DNA of 58,196 nucleotides from a virus (Duplodnaviria; Caudoviricetes): IMG/VR virus record IMGVR_UViG_3300032087_000460, positions 1 to 58,196 of that record; one strand, 5' to 3'. Shown piece by piece: positions 57,851 to 58,196 of this stretch (position 1 is its first letter; each line of letters starts with the position of its first letter). The notes under the pieces were generated by a model. It saw only the letters and a program-made list of their open reading frames with translations, ran no database searches and was not told where the DNA came from. The position numbers and the translations under genes were made by a program.

Positions 57851-57938
57851 ATTTTCCACTTGGTCTGGGGCCACCGTAGCCTACAAAGTAGGGGGATGAG
57901 TAGCCAGTTAATCAGTCAGTTATAGTGCGACTGTACAC

Positions 57939-58196
57939 TTACCGGCCTGCTAAACCACGCCGTTTCTTTTTCTTTTTAGTTTTACGTTTATGCACAAAAC
58001 CGCCCCGTTTAAAGTCACCGGGTCCACCTGCGCCGCCGTCTGGTCCGTCAGCTCCAGTGTCAGACGCAGCGTCTCCGCCTCCTCCGCCGCCACCAGCGCC
58101 ACCATCATCACCGCCGCCTTCATCAAAACCGCCAGTATCACTGTAGCCCTCTAAGTCACTACCAGAACTAAATCCAGTAGTACCTTCATCAAAGCC
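57939..58196 (-). CDS. Start-less 3' part (85 codons + stop) of the gene beginning at 2877
   Basis: Open from the window end: [33 protein letters not shown]...DFKRGGFVHKRKTKKKKKRRGLAGR*. In frame with 301-2877. Confidence 0.85.
   Translation of the reverse strand, partial: GFDEGTTGFSSGSDLEGYSDTGGFDEGGGDDGGAGGGGGGGDAASDTGADGPDGGAGGPGDFKRGGFVHKRKTKKKKKRRGLAGR
58180..58196 (+). repeat. Right copy of 17-bp direct repeat (candidate attR core) GTACCTTCATCAAAGCC
   Basis: 16/17 identical to 284-300; the window ends on it. Confidence 0.7.

Larger units (their letters stand above)
284..58196. mobile_element. HMO-2011-type podovirus genome, apparently complete (candidate prophage)
   Basis: Portal, terminase, capsid, tail, PolA with DnaJ-like insert, primase, helicase and tyrosine integrase are all present. 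The two ends join in frame. Confidence 0.9.

Noticed and set aside
57925-58146. Plus-strand 73-aa Pro-rich ORF and minus-strand 63-aa ORF (57950-58141)
   Set aside because: Both are shadows of the Gly-rich frame at 57939-58196 that completes the split gene.

Overview
The window holds an apparently complete ~57.9 kb podovirus genome (301-58196). The gene set and order match the marine HMO-2011-type phages: a family A DNA polymerase with an inserted DnaJ-like Cys finger, a tyrosine integrase just ahead of primase/helicase, class II RNR, ThyX, MazG, T7 endonuclease I, and no RNA polymerase. The first 300 bp are a GC-rich fragment of bacterial metG. Plus-strand early and replication genes (12.6-31.0 kb) face minus-strand morphogenesis genes (58.2->31.0 kb, and 11.6->0.3 kb), and the two arms diverge from a ~1 kb repeat-rich non-coding control region (11.6-12.6 kb). 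Main observations: (1) A 17-bp direct repeat (284-300 / 58180-58196, one mismatch) brackets the phage. It lies just after the metG KMSKS codons and inside a phage virion gene, which becomes one in-frame ~944-aa ORF only when the ends are joined. This is either an unusual attL/attR that splits a host gene and a phage gene, or a chimera. (2) At least 7 copies of a 17-bp TGCGWCA-N3-TGTCRC[A/G] pseudo-palindrome resembling RegA/PrrA/RegR boxes cluster around a perfect DnaA box, next to a helically phased AAGTAA/TTACTT array. (3) A [F/Y/M/A]xxG[G/A] peptide motif recurs about 15 times in six unrelated late proteins. (4) A large modular tail-fibre/receptor-binding cassette is present. All functional calls come from motif recognition by eye; no searches were run.
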